From positions 32,001-96,000 of IMG/VR virus record IMGVR_UViG_2851870198_000001: a stretch of 64,000 nt of DNA; one strand, given 5' to 3'. The notes beneath the pieces were generated by a model, which had not been told where the DNA came from, searched no databases, and was given only the letters and a program-made list of their open reading frames with translations. Position numbers and translations under genes: made by a program. The DNA is from a virus. Taxonomy: Duplodnaviria; Caudoviricetes. Numbering within the stretch: the stretch's first letter is position 1; every line of letters starts with the position of its first letter. Below, one piece after another: positions 62,279 to 64,000 of this stretch.

Positions 62279-62941
62279 TCAGAAGCCGTCGCCGTAGCGG
62301 CTGGAGGGGTCGATCCAGCCGGGGAGCAGCCGGTACGGCTGGGCCAGGCGGCGGGCCTCGAACAGCGCTTCGTCGCTGCGGATGACCACGGCGTCGCGGC
62401 GGGCGGCCTCCACGGCGGCACGGGCCTGCTCTTCGGTCTCGTAGTGGAAGGTGGGGAGGACGAGGGATCCCTTGTCCGCGGAGCCGGACGGGATGATGTG
62501 GACGCTGCGGCCGTCGCGGTGTGCGGCGCGGCACGCCTTGTTGGGGCCGGTGCAGCGGCGGACGAAATCGGGGAAGCGCTGCGGGCCGTGCACGACGGGG
62601 GCCGCGGTGACGCGGGCGGCGATGTACTGGGCGACGGCGTCGGCGGCCGCGATGGCGTCGGCGCGGGCGTCGAGGGCGGATTCCCCGTCACCGCTGCAGA
62701 ACAGCGGCTCGCCGTTCAGGTCGCCGTTCGCGTCGCGGGTGAAGATGCTCCACCCGGTGTGAGCGTCCACGGCGTGACGGACGGAGAATTCCCGGTCGGC
62801 GATCTCCAGCGTGCCGTGCCCCTCCACGGGGACGATCAGGCACTCACCCCACTGGCCGGAGTCGAAGCGGGTGCCGGTGACGGCGCGGGCGGACAGGTGG
62901 GCGAGGAGCAGCGAGTCGGCGGAGAGGGTGACGGTGCGCAT
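62279..62941 (-). CDS. Hypothetical protein
   Basis: GAAGG RBS before ATG 62941. Confidence 0.7.
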   Translation of the reverse strand: MRTVTLSADSLLLAHLSARAVTGTRFDSGQWGECLIVPVEGHGTLEIADREFSVRHAVDAHTGWSIFTRDANGDLNGEPLFCSGDGESALDARADAIAAADAVAQYIAARVTAAPVVHGPQRFPDFVRRCTGPNKACRAAHRDGRSVHIIPSGSADKGSLVLPTFHYETEEQARAAVEAARRDAVVIRSDEALFEARRLAQPYRLLPGWIDPSSRYGDGF

Positions 62942-62964
62942 GGTGGGCGCCCTTCTGGGTCGGT

Positions 62965-63037
62965 GGGAGCGGTGTAGGCGCGGGGAGTCTCGCTCGTGAC
63001 TCCCCGTTGGGTCCCCGGGCCGGCGTGCGGCCCGGGG
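62965..63037 (-). ncRNA. Structured leader repeat copy 2
   Basis: Same loops, compensatory stem changes. Confidence 0.55.
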
Positions 63038-63051
63038 CGGGGTGAAGCGGG

Positions 63052-63459
63052 TCAGGCGGCGTCGCGGATCGCGTCGCGGAGCATGGCGGGCCGGTTGGCC
63101 AGCGGGGTGAACTCGTAGTCGAGGAGCAGCACCTGGGCGGCCTCCGCGGCCTTGTCGGTGTCCGCGTCCCGGGCGATGGTGCCGAGGGGCGTGCCGTCGG
63201 TGTCGATGACGGTCACGGTCCACGCGTCGCGCTCGGGGGTGAAGTGCAGGATCGGGGCGGTGAGGGGCGCGTCCGGGTCGAGGGGGACCAGGTAGTCGGT
63301 GGGCCCGTAGGGGCACGGGGTGATGTCGCGGGCGTTGAGGGCCGCGCGCAGCAGGTCCCGAGCGGTGGGCGGCTCGTTCTCGCTGGCGGTGAGGGCGGCC
63401 AGCGCTTCCGGGAGCGTGAGGACCATGCTCGCGGGGAGGCTGCTGAGGTAGTCGCGCAT
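63052..63459 (-). CDS. Hypothetical protein
   Basis: GGAAGG RBS before ATG 63459. Confidence 0.65.
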   Translation of the reverse strand: MRDYLSSLPASMVLTLPEALAALTASENEPPTARDLLRAALNARDITPCPYGPTDYLVPLDPDAPLTAPILHFTPERDAWTVTVIDTDGTPLGTIARDADTDKAAEAAQVLLLDYEFTPLANRPAMLRDAIRDAA

Positions 63460-63484
63460 GGGGTGCGCCTTCCTGGTTGTTGTC

Positions 63485-63554
63485 GGGAGCGGCGTCCGCT
63501 GGCTCGTCTCGCTCGTGACGGCCTGCAGGCGTGCGGTGGGCCAGCGTGCGGCCC
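63485..63554 (-). ncRNA. Structured leader repeat copy 3
   Basis: Same loops; a G-U pair supports the minus strand. Confidence 0.55.
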
Positions 63555-63560
63555 GGGTGG

Positions 63561-63737
63561 TCAGATGCCGATGCGGCGGGCGATCTCCGCCACGATGACG
63601 ACCGGCGGGTCGGTGGGGTCGATTCCGGCGGCCCTGAGCTCTTCGGCGGTCTCGGCGGCGGCGTCGGCGTGGCAGTCGGCGCAGATGTCGCCGTCCAAGT
63701 CGTCGCGTTCTTCCTCGCAGATGAGGCACTCGGCCAT
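63561..63737 (-). CDS. Small acidic Zn-finger protein
   Basis: CLIC...CADC; GAGGGG RBS. Confidence 0.6.
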   Translation of the reverse strand: MAECLICEEERDDLDGDICADCHADAAAETAEELRAAGIDPTDPPVVIVAEIARRIGI

Positions 63738-63754
63738 CCCCAACCCCTCTCGTA

Positions 63755-63788
63755 GCTTCCTACGAATAGAACTGTACACCACATCAAA
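63755..63788 (-). promoter_or_regulatory. Class C promoter/operator, copy 2
   Basis: TTTGATGTGGTGTACAGTTCT. Confidence 0.65.
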
Positions 63789-63821
63789 GAGTGCTGCCAG
63801 CTCTCAGCCGAAAAGCGCAGA

Positions 63822-64000
63822 TCAACGCACATGCGCGCGGGCCTGCTCCAGCCACCAGGCGCGCCGCTTTGCCGGTATCGGCCACCGGTGCACACCGAAC
63901 TCAGCCCGCCCGTCCCCCGGCGCCGGGTACCGGTGCACCGTGAGCGTTCCCCCGGGGAACACCTCGCACGGCTCGGAGATCTCGAACACCAGCCGGGCCC
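63822..64000 (-). CDS. 3' end of a hypothetical gene entering from outside the window
   Basis: Open minus frame ...RRAWWLEQARAHVR* ending at TGA 63822. Confidence 0.4.
   Translation of the reverse strand, partial: ARLVFEISEPCEVFPGGTLTVHRYPAPGDGRAEFGVHRWPIPAKRRAWWLEQARAHVR

Larger units (their letters stand above)
1..64000. mobile_element. Phage-plasmid / prophage-like conjugative element (ends not in window)
   Basis: Portal, TerL, HNH, DarB-like giant protein, Cre-like recombinase and TraB occur together. There are no housekeeping genes and many small orphan ORFs. Confidence 0.85.

Noticed and set aside
1-64000. tRNA/rRNA genes, IS transposases, capsid/tail genes
   Set aside because: None recognisable by eye in this window

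Overview
High-GC actinomycete (Streptomyces-like) mobile DNA that looks like a large phage-plasmid or prophage. The first 21.3 kb is a single minus-strand ORF of at least 7,100 aa. The ORF track omits it, most likely because it has no stop codon inside the window. It encodes a DarB-like polyvalent protein with an N6-adenine MTase, a SNF2 helicase, a UvrD helicase and repeated SH3-like modules, and a complete TnpV-like gene is nested inside it in another frame. The window also holds a portal-MuF fusion, a terminase large subunit, HNH and RusA-like nucleases, a Cre-like recombinase, a TraB/FtsK conjugation protein, and a DpdA-like transglycosylase with a VUT transporter. Other cargo includes a LexA-boxed DNA ligase operon and a five-gene nucleotide-handling operon (radical SAM, two DnaQ-fold proteins, NMP kinase, NUDIX). 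Non-coding structure includes three repeated promoter classes, an array of five palindromes, and a thrice-repeated covarying double-hairpin/pseudoknot leader. I saw no rRNA, tRNA or CRISPR array. All family calls come from reading motifs by eye, not from database searches.
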